From the NCBI GenBank assembly GCA_021324655.1, contig JAJPIP010000041.1, positions 49 through 64,048 of the forward strand: a DNA stretch of 64,000 bases, read 5' to 3'. The notes under the pieces are model-generated. The model ran no database searches and was not told the DNA's origin. It saw only the letters and a program-made list of their open reading frames with translations. The position numbers and the translations under genes were made by a program. The DNA is from Pseudomonadota bacterium (GTDB lineage Bacteria; Chloroflexota; UBA5177). This document shows, in pieces, positions 28,839-38,433 of this stretch (position 1 is the first letter of the stretch; each line of letters begins with the position of its first letter).

Positions 28839-29375
28839 GTGGCGCGGGTAACGACGGCGACGGGCGACGAAGGCTATACCGACCTGCTGGGCCCGGTGCG
28901 TGTACCCAAGTATCACCGCCGGCCGGAAGCATACGGAACGGTGGATGAGGCGACGTCGGCCCTTGGATTGGCGCGGGCGCACGCCGCGGGAACCGATATC
29001 CAGGACTGGATCCAGGATATCCAGCGCCAGCTGTACGTGCTGATGGCCGAGCTGGCCACGCCTCCCGAGAATTACGCAAAGGTGGACTTCAAAATAACCC
29101 GCGATGACGTGCGGCGCATTGAGTCACAGGCGGAGGATCTGAAGTCACGAGTGGAGATCGGCAAGGAATTCGTGCTTCCCGGCGCCACCGTGCTCGGCGC
29201 GAGTCTTGACCTGGCGCGGGCCGTTGTCCGCCGAGCCGAGCGGCATGTCGCCCGTCTCTACCATGAAAGCGACGTGAGCAACGTCGAGGCGCTGCGATAC
29301 CTCAATCGCCTGTCCGATCTGCTGTTTATCATGGCGCGCTACGCGGAGCGCCCGGAAGCGGAACAACGCCCCTGA
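28839..29375 (+). CDS. ATP:cob(I)alamin adenosyltransferase, PduO/MMAB type
   Basis: 'TGDEGYTDLLG' N-terminal motif of PduO-type adenosyltransferases. 178 aa. GTG start. Confidence 0.85.
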   Translation: MARVTTATGDEGYTDLLGPVRVPKYHRRPEAYGTVDEATSALGLARAHAAGTDIQDWIQDIQRQLYVLMAELATPPENYAKVDFKITRDDVRRIESQAEDLKSRVEIGKEFVLPGATVLGASLDLARAVVRRAERHVARLYHESDVSNVEALRYLNRLSDLLFIMARYAERPEAEQRP

Positions 29376-29399
29376 GCCGCCCCGGGCGGCGGGCCCGCC

Positions 29400-30479
29400 T
29401 CAGGCAACGCCGGCACCGGTCCGGTGAGATTGCAGTGAGAGTGACGGTTCGACGTCGAGCAGCCCTGGCGCCTGACGGTTCGAGTAATAGGCGGCGCCGG
29501 CGATCATCGCTGCATTGTCGGTCGCGTAGGCGAGTTCGGAGATGTACAGGGGCAAATTGATCTCTTCGCGCATCCGGAGTCGCAGGAGACGATTGGCCGC
29601 AACACCGCCAACGACGGCCACCGAGCGGACGGCGAAGTCGCGCGCCGCCTGCGCCGTTTTGCTCGCCAGGACGTCGACGACGCTCTCCTGAAAACCCGCG
29701 GCCATGTCGGCAATCTGCTGCTCGGATAGACTTTCGGCGACGTCTACATCGGGTAGTGATTGCCCCCGTGCGGCATTGACATCCCGTCCCGTCGCCATTT
29801 CCACGACCCGATGCAGGACCGCTGTCTTCAGCCCGCTAAAGCTGAAGTCATATGTCCCAGGGAGTTTCGCGCGTGGCAGAGGAACCGGTGCGTCGGCCGG
29901 CGCCGAAGCGGCCTGTATGGACGGGCCGCCGGGATACGGGAGCCCGAGGAGCCTCGCCACCTTGTCGAACGCCTCCCCCGCGGCGTCGTCAAGCGTGCGT
30001 CCGACGACCTCATAGTCTCCGTGATCGCGCACGAGCACCAACTCCGTATGGCCGCCCGAGACGATGAGGGCCATCATCGGGAGCAGCGGCGGCGAAGGCA
30101 AGGGCGTCTCCGTCGTCAGCCACACGGAGTGTAAGTGACCCTCCAGGTGATTCACGCCGATCAGCGGGATGCCGAGGCCGGCTGCCATTCCCCGCGCGAA
30201 GGAGAGACCCACGAGCAGGGCGCCGGCTAAACCCGGCCCGTACGTGACTGCCACAGCGTCAAGGTCGTCCTTCGTGACGCCCGCCTCAGAAATCGCGGCC
30301 TCGACGACATATGCAATGGCTTTCACGTGCTGTCGGCTCGCAATCTCAGGCACAACCCCCCCGAAAGGGGCGTGGGCGGCGATTTGTGATGAGACGATGT
30401 TGGATTTGACCAGCCGCCCGTCTGCCACGACGGCCGCGCTGGTCTCGTCGCACGATGTCTCGATGCCCAGGATGAGCAC
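29400..30479 (-). CDS. tsaD: tRNA N6-adenosine threonylcarbamoyltransferase TsaD (Kae1/Gcp)
   Basis: 'VLILGIETSCDETSAAVV' N-terminus, 'SGGHTELVLV', 'AAMIA'. GTG start at 30479, 1 nt after the rimI stop. The long upstream extension in the ORF track is rejected. Confidence 0.92.
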   Translation of the reverse strand: MLILGIETSCDETSAAVVADGRLVKSNIVSSQIAAHAPFGGVVPEIASRQHVKAIAYVVEAAISEAGVTKDDLDAVAVTYGPGLAGALLVGLSFARGMAAGLGIPLIGVNHLEGHLHSVWLTTETPLPSPPLLPMMALIVSGGHTELVLVRDHGDYEVVGRTLDDAAGEAFDKVARLLGLPYPGGPSIQAASAPADAPVPLPRAKLPGTYDFSFSGLKTAVLHRVVEMATGRDVNAARGQSLPDVDVAESLSEQQIADMAAGFQESVVDVLASKTAQAARDFAVRSVAVVGGVAANRLLRLRMREEINLPLYISELAYATDNAAMIAGAAYYSNRQAPGLLDVEPSLSLQSHRTGAGVA

Positions 30480-30480
30480 G

Positions 30481-31143
30481 CTATTCCTCGCCTTGGGCAA
30501 ATGATACGACCGGCGATCGTACCTCCAGATCGGGCCGGCGGAGGCGCTCATATAGGCCGGCGATGAGATTGTCGAGAGACCGGCGATACTCGTCAGACCG
30601 AATCTGGCTGACCGACATGATGTACGCATCTTCGTTGTTGTCGCTGTAATAGCGGGGTCTGACTCCCTCCCGCGCGAAGCCGTATTTTTCGTACAGCCGC
30701 TGCGCCGGCAGATTGCTGACGCGGACCTCCAGCGTGACACGGTCGGCACCCATCTCCATGGCCGCTTCAATCAGGCTCGCCAGCAGCAGTTCGCCGAGCC
30801 CCAGGCCACGCTTGGCCTCTCGGACGGCAATCGTCGTCACGTGGGCCTCGTCGAGGATGAGCCACATGCCGGCGTACCCGATGATGGTTCCTGGCCGCGG
30901 CTGGTCCCCTCGCCGCCACGGAAAGAACGGCAGTGCACGGCGCGCCCGGGTGTCATCCGTCTCCGGAGTCTCCTCGACGTCCTCGCCTTGCAACTCGCGC
31001 AGCACGTAGTAATGCGCGTTGCGGTTGTGCATGATCTCTCGGCGGTACGCTCCGGCAGGCCACGGGACCGTATAACTTTCCCGGTCGACCTCCAGAACCT
31101 GAGGAACATCCTCCAGTTCCATTCGGTCGATGACCCACCTCAA
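30481..31143 (-). CDS. rimI: Ribosomal-protein-alanine N-acetyltransferase (GNAT)
   Basis: GNAT motifs 'IAVREAKRGLGLGELLL'. Conserved position between tsaB and tsaD. Confidence 0.85.
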   Translation of the reverse strand: MRWVIDRMELEDVPQVLEVDRESYTVPWPAGAYRREIMHNRNAHYYVLRELQGEDVEETPETDDTRARRALPFFPWRRGDQPRPGTIIGYAGMWLILDEAHVTTIAVREAKRGLGLGELLLASLIEAAMEMGADRVTLEVRVSNLPAQRLYEKYGFAREGVRPRYYSDNNEDAYIMSVSQIRSDEYRRSLDNLIAGLYERLRRPDLEVRSPVVSFAQGEE

Positions 31144-31146
31144 AAC

Positions 31147-31827
31147 TTATCCTCCGGCTGCGCGACTCTCCTCGGCAGCAGAACGGCGGAGGTACAGCGG
31201 CTCGAGAGTTTCCCTCAGATCCGCGCCGCCCGTGTCAAGGTAGCTCTGACCCAATTTTGCCAGAAACCCCGGGCGCCTCCATTGCCACAGGGCGGGCGCC
31301 TCCCTTGCATCCAGACCCTCCCCTGAGGCCGCATCTGCAACGTCGCGCGCGCCGTCGCCGATGAGAAGACTGCCGGACGCCATCTCAGCGGCCGCGTGGA
31401 CAGGCAGAAGAGCGTAATCGCTGAGACGGTGCCAGCTCTCTCCCCGGCCCTCGTAGCGCGCGGCATAGACGTCGCCGCGACCAGCGGAAAGCACGGCCGT
31501 TACCGACGCGGACAGCGCGGAGGCCTGGTAGCCCAGGATGTCGAGCGTCGAAATGCCTGCCAGTGGGATGTCCCGAGCCAGGCAGAGGCCCTTGGCGTAA
31601 GCGATACCCACCCGTACCCCGCTGAACGACCCGGGCCCCGAGGCGACAGCCACTGAACTCAGATCACGGAACGTCAGGCGAGCCAGTCTCAGGATTTCCT
31701 GAACTCCGCTTTCGAGATCGCGCGAGTGATTCCGTCCGGCCTGCCAGGCGAGCTCGGCGACGACGCCGCTCTCGCCATACACGGCACATCCCGCTTGCTG
31801 CGTCGCCGTGTCAAGCGCGAGGAGCAT
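31147..31827 (-). CDS. tsaB: tRNA threonylcarbamoyladenosine biosynthesis protein TsaB (YeaZ)
   Basis: 'MLLALDTATQQAGCAV' start, 'DILGYQ…LLPVHAA'. Overlaps the tsaE 3' end. Confidence 0.88.
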   Translation of the reverse strand: MLLALDTATQQAGCAVYGESGVVAELAWQAGRNHSRDLESGVQEILRLARLTFRDLSSVAVASGPGSFSGVRVGIAYAKGLCLARDIPLAGISTLDILGYQASALSASVTAVLSAGRGDVYAARYEGRGESWHRLSDYALLPVHAAAEMASGSLLIGDGARDVADAASGEGLDAREAPALWQWRRPGFLAKLGQSYLDTGGADLRETLEPLYLRRSAAEESRAAGG

Positions 31828-32266
31828 CCGGATCGTCCGGCACCGCGATGTCAATGATGCGGCTCTCTTCGCCCGTGACCGTGAGGCTCAGATCAACGAA
31901 CCGCCGGGCCGGCAGTGACGCCACGTCCGACTCGGCGCGCTCGGGCCACTCCACGAGCAAGATGCCGTTGTCCTCGGCAAGCTCCTCCAGCCCGAGATCG
32001 GCCAGGTCCGACTCGCGCAGACGGTACAGATCGGCATGATACAACGCGGGCCGCGTCGGATATTCATGGACGAGGTTGTAGGTGGGACTCCCGCGCCACA
32101 CCGGCGTGCCCAGCGCTTCCCCGATTCCTCGCGCGAGGACGCTCTTGCCGGCTCCTAGCCTCCCCCGCAAGCGAACCACGTCGCCGGGCCGCAACCGCCG
32201 GCCCACGTCGCGGCCCAGCTGGAGTGTCTCGTCGCGCGATCGCGACTCCACGCGCAGTGTTGCCAT
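31811..32266 (-). CDS. tsaE: tRNA threonylcarbamoyladenosine biosynthesis ATPase TsaE (YjeE)
   Basis: 'LRGRLGAGKSVLARGIGEALG' P-loop, 'YNLVHEY' motif. Start taken at the 'MATLRVES' Met. Confidence 0.85.
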   Translation of the reverse strand: MATLRVESRSRDETLQLGRDVGRRLRPGDVVRLRGRLGAGKSVLARGIGEALGTPVWRGSPTYNLVHEYPTRPALYHADLYRLRESDLADLGLEELAEDNGILLVEWPERAESDVASLPARRFVDLSLTVTGEESRIIDIAVPDDPDAPRA

Positions 32267-32316
32267 TTGCGCCGTGCTCTCCTCACCTCGGAACATGGAA
32301 ACGCGATGGCCGATGC

Positions 32317-33963
32317 ATGACAAGTTCCGCCGTCAATCCTAGGAGGCGCACGCGCCGCATCCTGCGCCTCTTCTTCAGCCTGTTTTTCGGGTTCTTCCTC
32401 CAGTATGCACGTGCTCGCCTCACCGGCCGCCGCTACGACTTCTTCGAGGATGAGGCGGCCAACAGGAAGCGGGCGATCAAGTTGCGCAAAGCGGCGCTGG
32501 AGATGGGCGGCGTACTCATCAAGGTGGGACAGTTCCTGAGCGCGCGCGTCGACTTGCTGCCGGCTGAATACATTGAGGAGCTGGCGCTCCTGCAGGACGA
32601 GGTGCCCGCGGTACCGTTTTCAGAGATTCGCCCGATCCTGGAGGCGGACCTGGGGCCGCTCGATTCGGCGTTCGCTCACTTCGATCAAGAGCCGGTCGCC
32701 GCGGCCTCGCTGGGACAGGTCTACCACGCCCGCTTGTCGGCCGGTGAGCAGGTTGCCGTCAAGGTGCAGCGGCCCCACATCGACGAGATCGTCGAGGCAG
32801 ATCTCAGCGCCCTGAGGTTGATCATTCACTGGCTCGACCGCTACACCCCGGTGCGGCGCCGCGCGGATCTCCCCCTCATTTTGCGTGAGTTCGAGGACAC
32901 CCTGCGCCTGGAACTGGATTACCACGCCGAGGGCCACCACGCTGAGCGCCTGGCCATCTTGTTTCACGATTCCCACAGCATTCTGATTCCACGCGTCTAT
33001 TGGTCGCATTCGCACGGCCGCGTGCTGACCTTGCAGTACATGACCGGCATCAAGATCACCGACTTCGCGGCGATCGAGGCGGAAGGAATCAGCCGGGCAC
33101 TGGTCGCGGAGATTCTGCTGATCGGGTACCTGAAGCAAGTCGTGGAGGACGGCTTCTTCCATGCGGATCCGCACCCCGGGAATCTACTTGTTCGCCCTGG
33201 CCCGCAGGTCGTGTTGCTCGACTTTGGGATGGTCGGAGACATCTCCCCCACGATGCGCAATAACCTGCGCCGCGTATTTCTCGGAGTGGTGCGGCACGAT
33301 TACGACGAAATTCTGTCCGCACTGGAACGACTCGGTTTCATCCCCATGCGCGCCGATCGCTCGATTCTGCGCGAGGCGCTCGTGTGGACGATTGAAACCT
33401 TCTACGAGATGTCCTTCGCGGAGCTCCAGGCCGTGGACCCAACGCAAGTGCTCGACCGGCTTCAGGACGTGTTTTACACCGAGTCCGTCCGGATACCCGC
33501 CAACTACGCGTTTCTCGGCAGGGCGCTGGGCACGCTGAGCGGCATTTGCACGGCTCTCGATCCCTCGTTCCAGTTCATGACGGTGGCCGAGCCTTTTGCT
33601 CGGCGTCTCTTGCAGGGCCGCGCCGGCCTGCGGGGAACTATCGAACAGGCCGTCACGGAGGCCGGGCGCGTGGCAAGGACGGCGTATTCACTTCCTTTCC
33701 TGACGGCCGGCGCCCTCGACAAGGTGCAGAGTGGCGAGTTGGCGTTCCGGCACGAACTGGCCGACATGGTCTTTGCCGTTGACCGTGTGGAGCGGGCACT
33801 ACGGCGCCTATTCTTTGGCCTGCTGATCGCGGCTTTCCTGCTCGTGGGGGCTTTTTTCTTTCCCACGCACCATCAGTTATTCGGTATCCTCGCCTTCGCC
33901 GTCTGTGTCATCCTCCTGGAGTTTGTCATCCTGACTTTCCGCGACCGTCCGCGAAGGCCATAG
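32317..33963 (+). CDS. ABC1/UbiB-family atypical protein kinase with C-terminal TM helices
   Basis: '[30 protein letters not shown]', '[13 protein letters not shown]…VAVKVQRP', '[11 protein letters not shown]', 'LLDFGMVG'. ATG 32317; the Arg/Pro-rich upstream extension in the ORF track is rejected. Confidence 0.88.
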   Translation: MTSSAVNPRRRTRRILRLFFSLFFGFFLQYARARLTGRRYDFFEDEAANRKRAIKLRKAALEMGGVLIKVGQFLSARVDLLPAEYIEELALLQDEVPAVPFSEIRPILEADLGPLDSAFAHFDQEPVAAASLGQVYHARLSAGEQVAVKVQRPHIDEIVEADLSALRLIIHWLDRYTPVRRRADLPLILREFEDTLRLELDYHAEGHHAERLAILFHDSHSILIPRVYWSHSHGRVLTLQYMTGIKITDFAAIEAEGISRALVAEILLIGYLKQVVEDGFFHADPHPGNLLVRPGPQVVLLDFGMVGDISPTMRNNLRRVFLGVVRHDYDEILSALERLGFIPMRADRSILREALVWTIETFYEMSFAELQAVDPTQVLDRLQDVFYTESVRIPANYAFLGRALGTLSGICTALDPSFQFMTVAEPFARRLLQGRAGLRGTIEQAVTEAGRVARTAYSLPFLTAGALDKVQSGELAFRHELADMVFAVDRVERALRRLFFGLLIAAFLLVGAFFFPTHHQLFGILAFAVCVILLEFVILTFRDRPRRP

Positions 33964-33992
33964 AATGTCGTGAACGCGCTGGGGAGGGCATT

Positions 33993-34202
33993 GTGAGTCT
34001 GCGCGCCCTGATCGATGTCACGACCAAACTCATGACGGACGGTGAGTTCCGTAATCTGCTGGTCAACGATCCAGATCGCGCGCTTTCCGATTTCGACCTG
34101 ACGCTTGAGGAGATCCAGGCGCTGACGTCGCGCGACCGCTGGCATCTTGAAGAGTGCGGACTGGAAGAATGGACGGCGAGGTGGGTCTCAGCGCTGCGCT
34201 GA
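33993..34202 (+). CDS. Small ORF (69 aa) with NHLP/Nif11-like leader-peptide-style N-terminus; putative precursor peptide or small regulatory protein
   Basis: GTG start with GGGGAGGG RBS. '[34 protein letters not shown]' resembles the helical leader of NHLP/Nif11-class RiPP precursors. The C-terminal 30 aa is Trp-rich with a single Cys. Confidence 0.45.
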   Translation: MSLRALIDVTTKLMTDGEFRNLLVNDPDRALSDFDLTLEEIQALTSRDRWHLEECGLEEWTARWVSALR

Positions 34203-34265
34203 ACGAGCTCCAACGATTGACCCGCCGCTCCAAGGGCCGGTACACTCGAGCGATCTGGTCTGCAA

Positions 34266-34342
<77 letters not shown>

Positions 34343-34378
34343 CATGCCGATCACAGAAGGGCTCTGCGGAGCCCTTTT

Positions 34379-35722
34379 TCATTGCCCGGGCAAGACCCAG
34401 ACGATCGTACCGTTCAGGTCGAACGTGCGATAGTGCCGGCTGCGGACGTACGCGACGAATCCGCGGGGATAGCCGCTACTCGCGCCATGGCTCAACACGA
34501 TCGCTCCCGCACCGCCGAGGCGTCTCTCGAGGTACGTCTTGGATACGATGACTCCGACGTTCCAGAAGTAGTGGGCGAGAGCCGGCCGATGCGCCAGATA
34601 CGCATACTCATACTGATCCGCGAGGATTGGCGCCGAGGGTTTCGTCTCACGGTCCAGCACCTCGACGGCAGGCATGACACTCGATAGATGGGCCGCGGTG
34701 ACGTAGAGCGGGCTGGGCCCCCCACGATCGATAAGGAGAGCCCAACCCAGTGCAAGTACGGCACCTGCCGGGACGATGAGCCCCGCGCGGCGGGCGAGAA
34801 CCGGCCCGGCGAGGATCGCCCCGAACGGGATGGTGGGAACGAAGTAGTGGTAGTAAACCTGAGAGGTGAAAACGAACAGGACGCCCAGGCCGAACCCTGC
34901 CACTAACCACGCCGGCGGCCTCCGAGACAGCCCCGGGAGCGCGAGGACATTGGCGACAAACCAGAAGAGAGCTGTTGTCTCCACGCGCTGCGCCAGCGGC
35001 ATTGACCAGCGAGTCGTCTGGAATGTGACCGTCTGCTGATAGAGCGCGGCCAGATGTTCACGGTCCGGAAGGAACAGGAGCGCGGCAGAGAGAACGCAGC
35101 CGGCGCCGACGAAGAGAACACGGCGTGGGGCAGCCAGGACATACACCGGAAGAAAGTACGCGGCGGGGTACTTGATCCAGAGCGCGGCGCCCAGGAGCGC
35201 GCCGGCGGCGACGGCGGCGGCCCGACCCCGATGTGTCAGGAGGACCACCAGGCCGGCCATCCCCAGAAACGTCAGGATCGGATCCTGACTGATCCGTACC
35301 GACGCAACGAGCGCCAGCGGATGCACCGCATAGAGTAACCCGGCAGCGAGGCCGGCGCGTGCGTCCCACACCACTCGTGCCGCCGCCCACACGAGTCCGG
35401 CCGTGGCAACATCGGCGAGTGCCGCGACGACGCGTCCCAATGGCCACCAATGGTCGAGCAGCGGGTTGAGGGCCGCGTAGAGCGCCAGGATGCCCGGCGG
35501 GTGGAAGAACATAAACGTGTGATACGGGACCGCGCCGTGCGCCGTATCGCGGCCAAGCAAAAGGATCACGAACTCGTCGTAGTCGAACGTGTCCGCGATC
35601 AAGAAGCCGAAAACCGCCCGTACCGCCGCGGCAACCGCGAGGACGAGCAGGATGCCACGAAACGGAGCGAGATCCCGTTTCTCCAAAGGAGCCGGTGTAG
35701 CCGGCCCGGCGGCAATTGTCAT
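34379..35722 (-). CDS. GT-C fold membrane glycosyltransferase (PMT/ArnT-like, family 39/83-like)
   Basis: ~11 TM helices with 'DYDEF' acidic motif in the first extracytoplasmic loop. An alternative start at 35779 would lie 18 nt from the divergent gene. Confidence 0.6.
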   Translation of the reverse strand: MTIAAGPATPAPLEKRDLAPFRGILLVLAVAAAVRAVFGFLIADTFDYDEFVILLLGRDTAHGAVPYHTFMFFHPPGILALYAALNPLLDHWWPLGRVVAALADVATAGLVWAAARVVWDARAGLAAGLLYAVHPLALVASVRISQDPILTFLGMAGLVVLLTHRGRAAAVAAGALLGAALWIKYPAAYFLPVYVLAAPRRVLFVGAGCVLSAALLFLPDREHLAALYQQTVTFQTTRWSMPLAQRVETTALFWFVANVLALPGLSRRPPAWLVAGFGLGVLFVFTSQVYYHYFVPTIPFGAILAGPVLARRAGLIVPAGAVLALGWALLIDRGGPSPLYVTAAHLSSVMPAVEVLDRETKPSAPILADQYEYAYLAHRPALAHYFWNVGVIVSKTYLERRLGGAGAIVLSHGASSGYPRGFVAYVRSRHYRTFDLNGTIVWVLPGQ

Positions 35723-35797
35723 GAAACGGATACAATATCGAGCATCGGAGGGTGCCAGGCTGCAACGCCCGGCACCCATCTTATTGGGTAGAAGGTC

Positions 35798-36859
35798 GTG
35801 TCGGTGACCCAGCCCGGAACCTACCGGCGTTGGATGCCTCTCATCCTCGCCGCGTACATCGTCGCCGTGGCAGCGGCATTTCTATTCTTCAATGCCCGAT
35901 TGACTGTCGAGTGGGTCGCGATTGTCTTATTTGGCGCGGCCTTACTCTCGGGCCGCGCCGTCCTGTTCATCCGAGATTGGGGCGTGTTTTTCGTCGTGCT
36001 CGTGGCCTGGCAGCTCGTCTCGCCGGTCGCCACGATTTTCCATTTCCCCTGGCACGTGCAGCCCATGATCACGGCCGATCGCGCGCTTTTCTTTGGACAC
36101 GTGCCCGCCGTGTGGCTGCAAGCTCACCTGTACCAGCCCGGCCGGATCGAGCCCTGGGACATCCTTTCGGCTGTCATGTACATGCTCCACTTTCTGGCGC
36201 CGCTCGTCGCGGGGTTCGCACTCTGGCTGTCCGACCGCGCCGTCTTTCGGCAGTACGCGATCACGTTTGTCCTCGTCGCGGTCGCAGGCTTCGCCACATA
36301 TATCCTCTACCCGGCAGTGCCCCCATGGATGGCCGGAGAAAAGCTCCTCTCCCTGCATGGACAGTATCTCTTCGCTCAGAACGCTCAAGACTTGCAGCAG
36401 CTGCGCGCCGCCGGCATCGCTCACCCCTGGCAGTACATCCAGTCGCATGGCCACGTCTACCTTCCCGGCGCCCGCAACATCTTCAACGCGATCATGAGCA
36501 ACTGGTACAACCCCTACAACGGCGAGATCTTCCCGTTCTTTAAGGTCCTGCACATGCACTACGACCAGGTCGGTGCCATGCCGTCGGAACACGCGGCGTA
36601 TCCGATGCTCTTCTTCCTCTTCCTGCGGCGGCAGTTCGGCCGCACGGGGTACATTGCCCTGGTCTACATCGCACTGATCACCTTCGCGATCGTGTACCTT
36701 GGCCAGCACTACGTCGTGGACGCCCTGGTGGGCTTCGCGTACGCCGGCCTGGGATATCTCCTCGTCACGCGCCTCTATCCAGCCCTTCGCGATCGCATCA
36801 CGGCGAGGCCCGCGGCCGAGGCGATTGAGACACGCGAGTTGGAAACAGCCGCCCGGTGA
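35798..36859 (+). CDS. PAP2_C / Aur1-Ipt1-like (inositol-phosphorylceramide-synthase-type) integral membrane phospho-headgroup transferase
   Basis: 'PSEH' and 'HYVVDALVGFAYAG' match the PSGH and HYxxDVxxGxxxG/A signature motifs of Aur1-type enzymes. No KX6RP motif is present. 8+ TM helices. Confidence 0.6.
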   Translation: MSVTQPGTYRRWMPLILAAYIVAVAAAFLFFNARLTVEWVAIVLFGAALLSGRAVLFIRDWGVFFVVLVAWQLVSPVATIFHFPWHVQPMITADRALFFGHVPAVWLQAHLYQPGRIEPWDILSAVMYMLHFLAPLVAGFALWLSDRAVFRQYAITFVLVAVAGFATYILYPAVPPWMAGEKLLSLHGQYLFAQNAQDLQQLRAAGIAHPWQYIQSHGHVYLPGARNIFNAIMSNWYNPYNGEIFPFFKVLHMHYDQVGAMPSEHAAYPMLFFLFLRRQFGRTGYIALVYIALITFAIVYLGQHYVVDALVGFAYAGLGYLLVTRLYPALRDRITARPAAEAIETRELETAAR

Positions 36860-38433
36860 GCAATCTCTGGCGAGTCTTCTTGCTGGCGTTCGTCGTCTTC
36901 GGATACTTCATGCCGCAGTGGGCGGACTGGAATATCGACTCGCGCCTCGACATGACTGAGGCGATCGTCAACCATGGGACGATCCGCATCGACGCATATA
37001 ACCAGAACACCTGGGACAAGGCCGTCGACCACGGTCACTTCTACAGCGATAAGGCTCCGGGGACCGCTGTCCTGGGAGTTCCGATACTGGCCGCCTTCAA
37101 GGCCGCCCACCACGTTCCGTTTCTGTCGTCCGCCATCGCGGGCGTCGAGCGCAACGGGGCCTGGAACGTCCCTATCGCCCTGGGCCGATCAGCGACGCAA
37201 AAACAGCCTGCGAAGAAGGGAACTGTCCTGGGCGGCTGCCAGCGGAAGGGCGCCGGGAACGTGCAATACATTCCCTGGGGCAACCGGCTCGTCCCGCCGA
37301 TGCGTGATTGGGCGCTGTCCAAGTACCTCGTCACCGTGGGCGTCGTCGGCCTCATCTCCGCGCTGTTCGCCGTCTTCTTCTTCTGGTTCCTCGGCCTTTT
37401 CGCGATTGCCGGTGCTGCTCGGTGGCTCTCAACTGTCGTCTATGCGTTCGGAAGCGTCGCGCTTCCGTACTCCAGCAACTTCTATTCGCACCAACTCGTC
37501 GCCGCCTTTCTGTTCGTCGCGTTTGCGCTCGTCTTCCTGGCAGCTCGGAGCCGGCGACTCTGGCAAGCGGCCTCCGCCGGTTTTCTGCTCGGTTTCTCGA
37601 TATTTACCGAGTACACCGTGGCTCTCGTTGTGGTCGTCATCGGGCTGTATCTGCTGTGGTCCCTGCGGTCGCAGCTGAGGGCGATTGGGGCCGCCGTTGC
37701 GACAGGACTGGTGCCGATCATCGCGTTGCTGGGGTACAACCAGATGGCATGGGGTAATCCTCTCGACACCGGGTACTCCCATGACTTCTGCTGGTCAGCA
37801 GCGCAGTCGGCCGGGTTCGCCGGCTTCACCTATCCCCACCTCTGGCCCCTCATCGATCTCACTTTCGGCGAGTATAGAGGTCTCTTCTTTACATCCCCCT
37901 TCCTCCTCCTGGCGTTACCCGGGGCCTACCTGATGTGGCGACGTGGCCGGCAAGCGGAAGCCCTGACCTGCATCGCCTCAGCAGTCATCCTGATCCTGGC
38001 GATCAGCGCGCAGTGGGGTTGGAACGGAGGGCGCGTTGACGGGCCACGCTACATCGTGGCGTGCGTGCCGTTTCTGGCCCTTCCGGCCGCGTTCGCGGTC
38101 CGCGCCATGTTCCGCTCCGCCGCCTGGCGCGTGGTCCTGGGCATCATTGCAGCCTGGTCCCTCGCGGCCACCTGGATCCTCTTTCTAGGGGGAGCCACCT
38201 TTCCAACGTCCTGGCTTCCCTATCCGTTGACCCAGTATTCGTTACCGGCGCTCGCACACAATCAGATAACGCCCAACTTCGGTCTTTTCTTCGGACTCAG
38301 CGGATGGGAAAGCCTTCTTCCGCTGGCAGTCGCCGTCGTCCTGATTGCATTGATTCCGCCGCGACGCCGGGAAGCGCCATCTCAACGGCCGGTAACCGCT
38401 CAGGCCGTGCCGTCCGGGCGATACACGGATTAG
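36856..38433 (+). CDS. Large polytopic membrane protein, GT-C-like glycosyltransferase candidate (525 aa)
   Basis: GTGA overlap with the upstream PAP2 gene. >10 TM helices with large loop regions. No soluble domain. Confidence 0.45.
   Translation: MSNLWRVFLLAFVVFGYFMPQWADWNIDSRLDMTEAIVNHGTIRIDAYNQNTWDKAVDHGHFYSDKAPGTAVLGVPILAAFKAAHHVPFLSSAIAGVERNGAWNVPIALGRSATQKQPAKKGTVLGGCQRKGAGNVQYIPWGNRLVPPMRDWALSKYLVTVGVVGLISALFAVFFFWFLGLFAIAGAARWLSTVVYAFGSVALPYSSNFYSHQLVAAFLFVAFALVFLAARSRRLWQAASAGFLLGFSIFTEYTVALVVVVIGLYLLWSLRSQLRAIGAAVATGLVPIIALLGYNQMAWGNPLDTGYSHDFCWSAAQSAGFAGFTYPHLWPLIDLTFGEYRGLFFTSPFLLLALPGAYLMWRRGRQAEALTCIASAVILILAISAQWGWNGGRVDGPRYIVACVPFLALPAAFAVRAMFRSAAWRVVLGIIAAWSLAATWILFLGGATFPTSWLPYPLTQYSLPALAHNQITPNFGLFFGLSGWESLLPLAVAVVLIALIPPRRREAPSQRPVTAQAVPSGRYTD

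Noticed and set aside
29400-30770. 456-aa version of tsaD and 373-aa version of rsmG (38430..39551) in the ORF track
   Set aside because: Both are upstream read-throughs across neighbouring genes. Starts are set at GTG 30479 and ATG 39179 from N-terminal family conservation.
31915-32316. Pro/Arg-rich 134-aa extension upstream of the ABC1 kinase
   Set aside because: High-GC frame artefact overlapping tsaE on the opposite strand. The kinase starts at ATG 32317.
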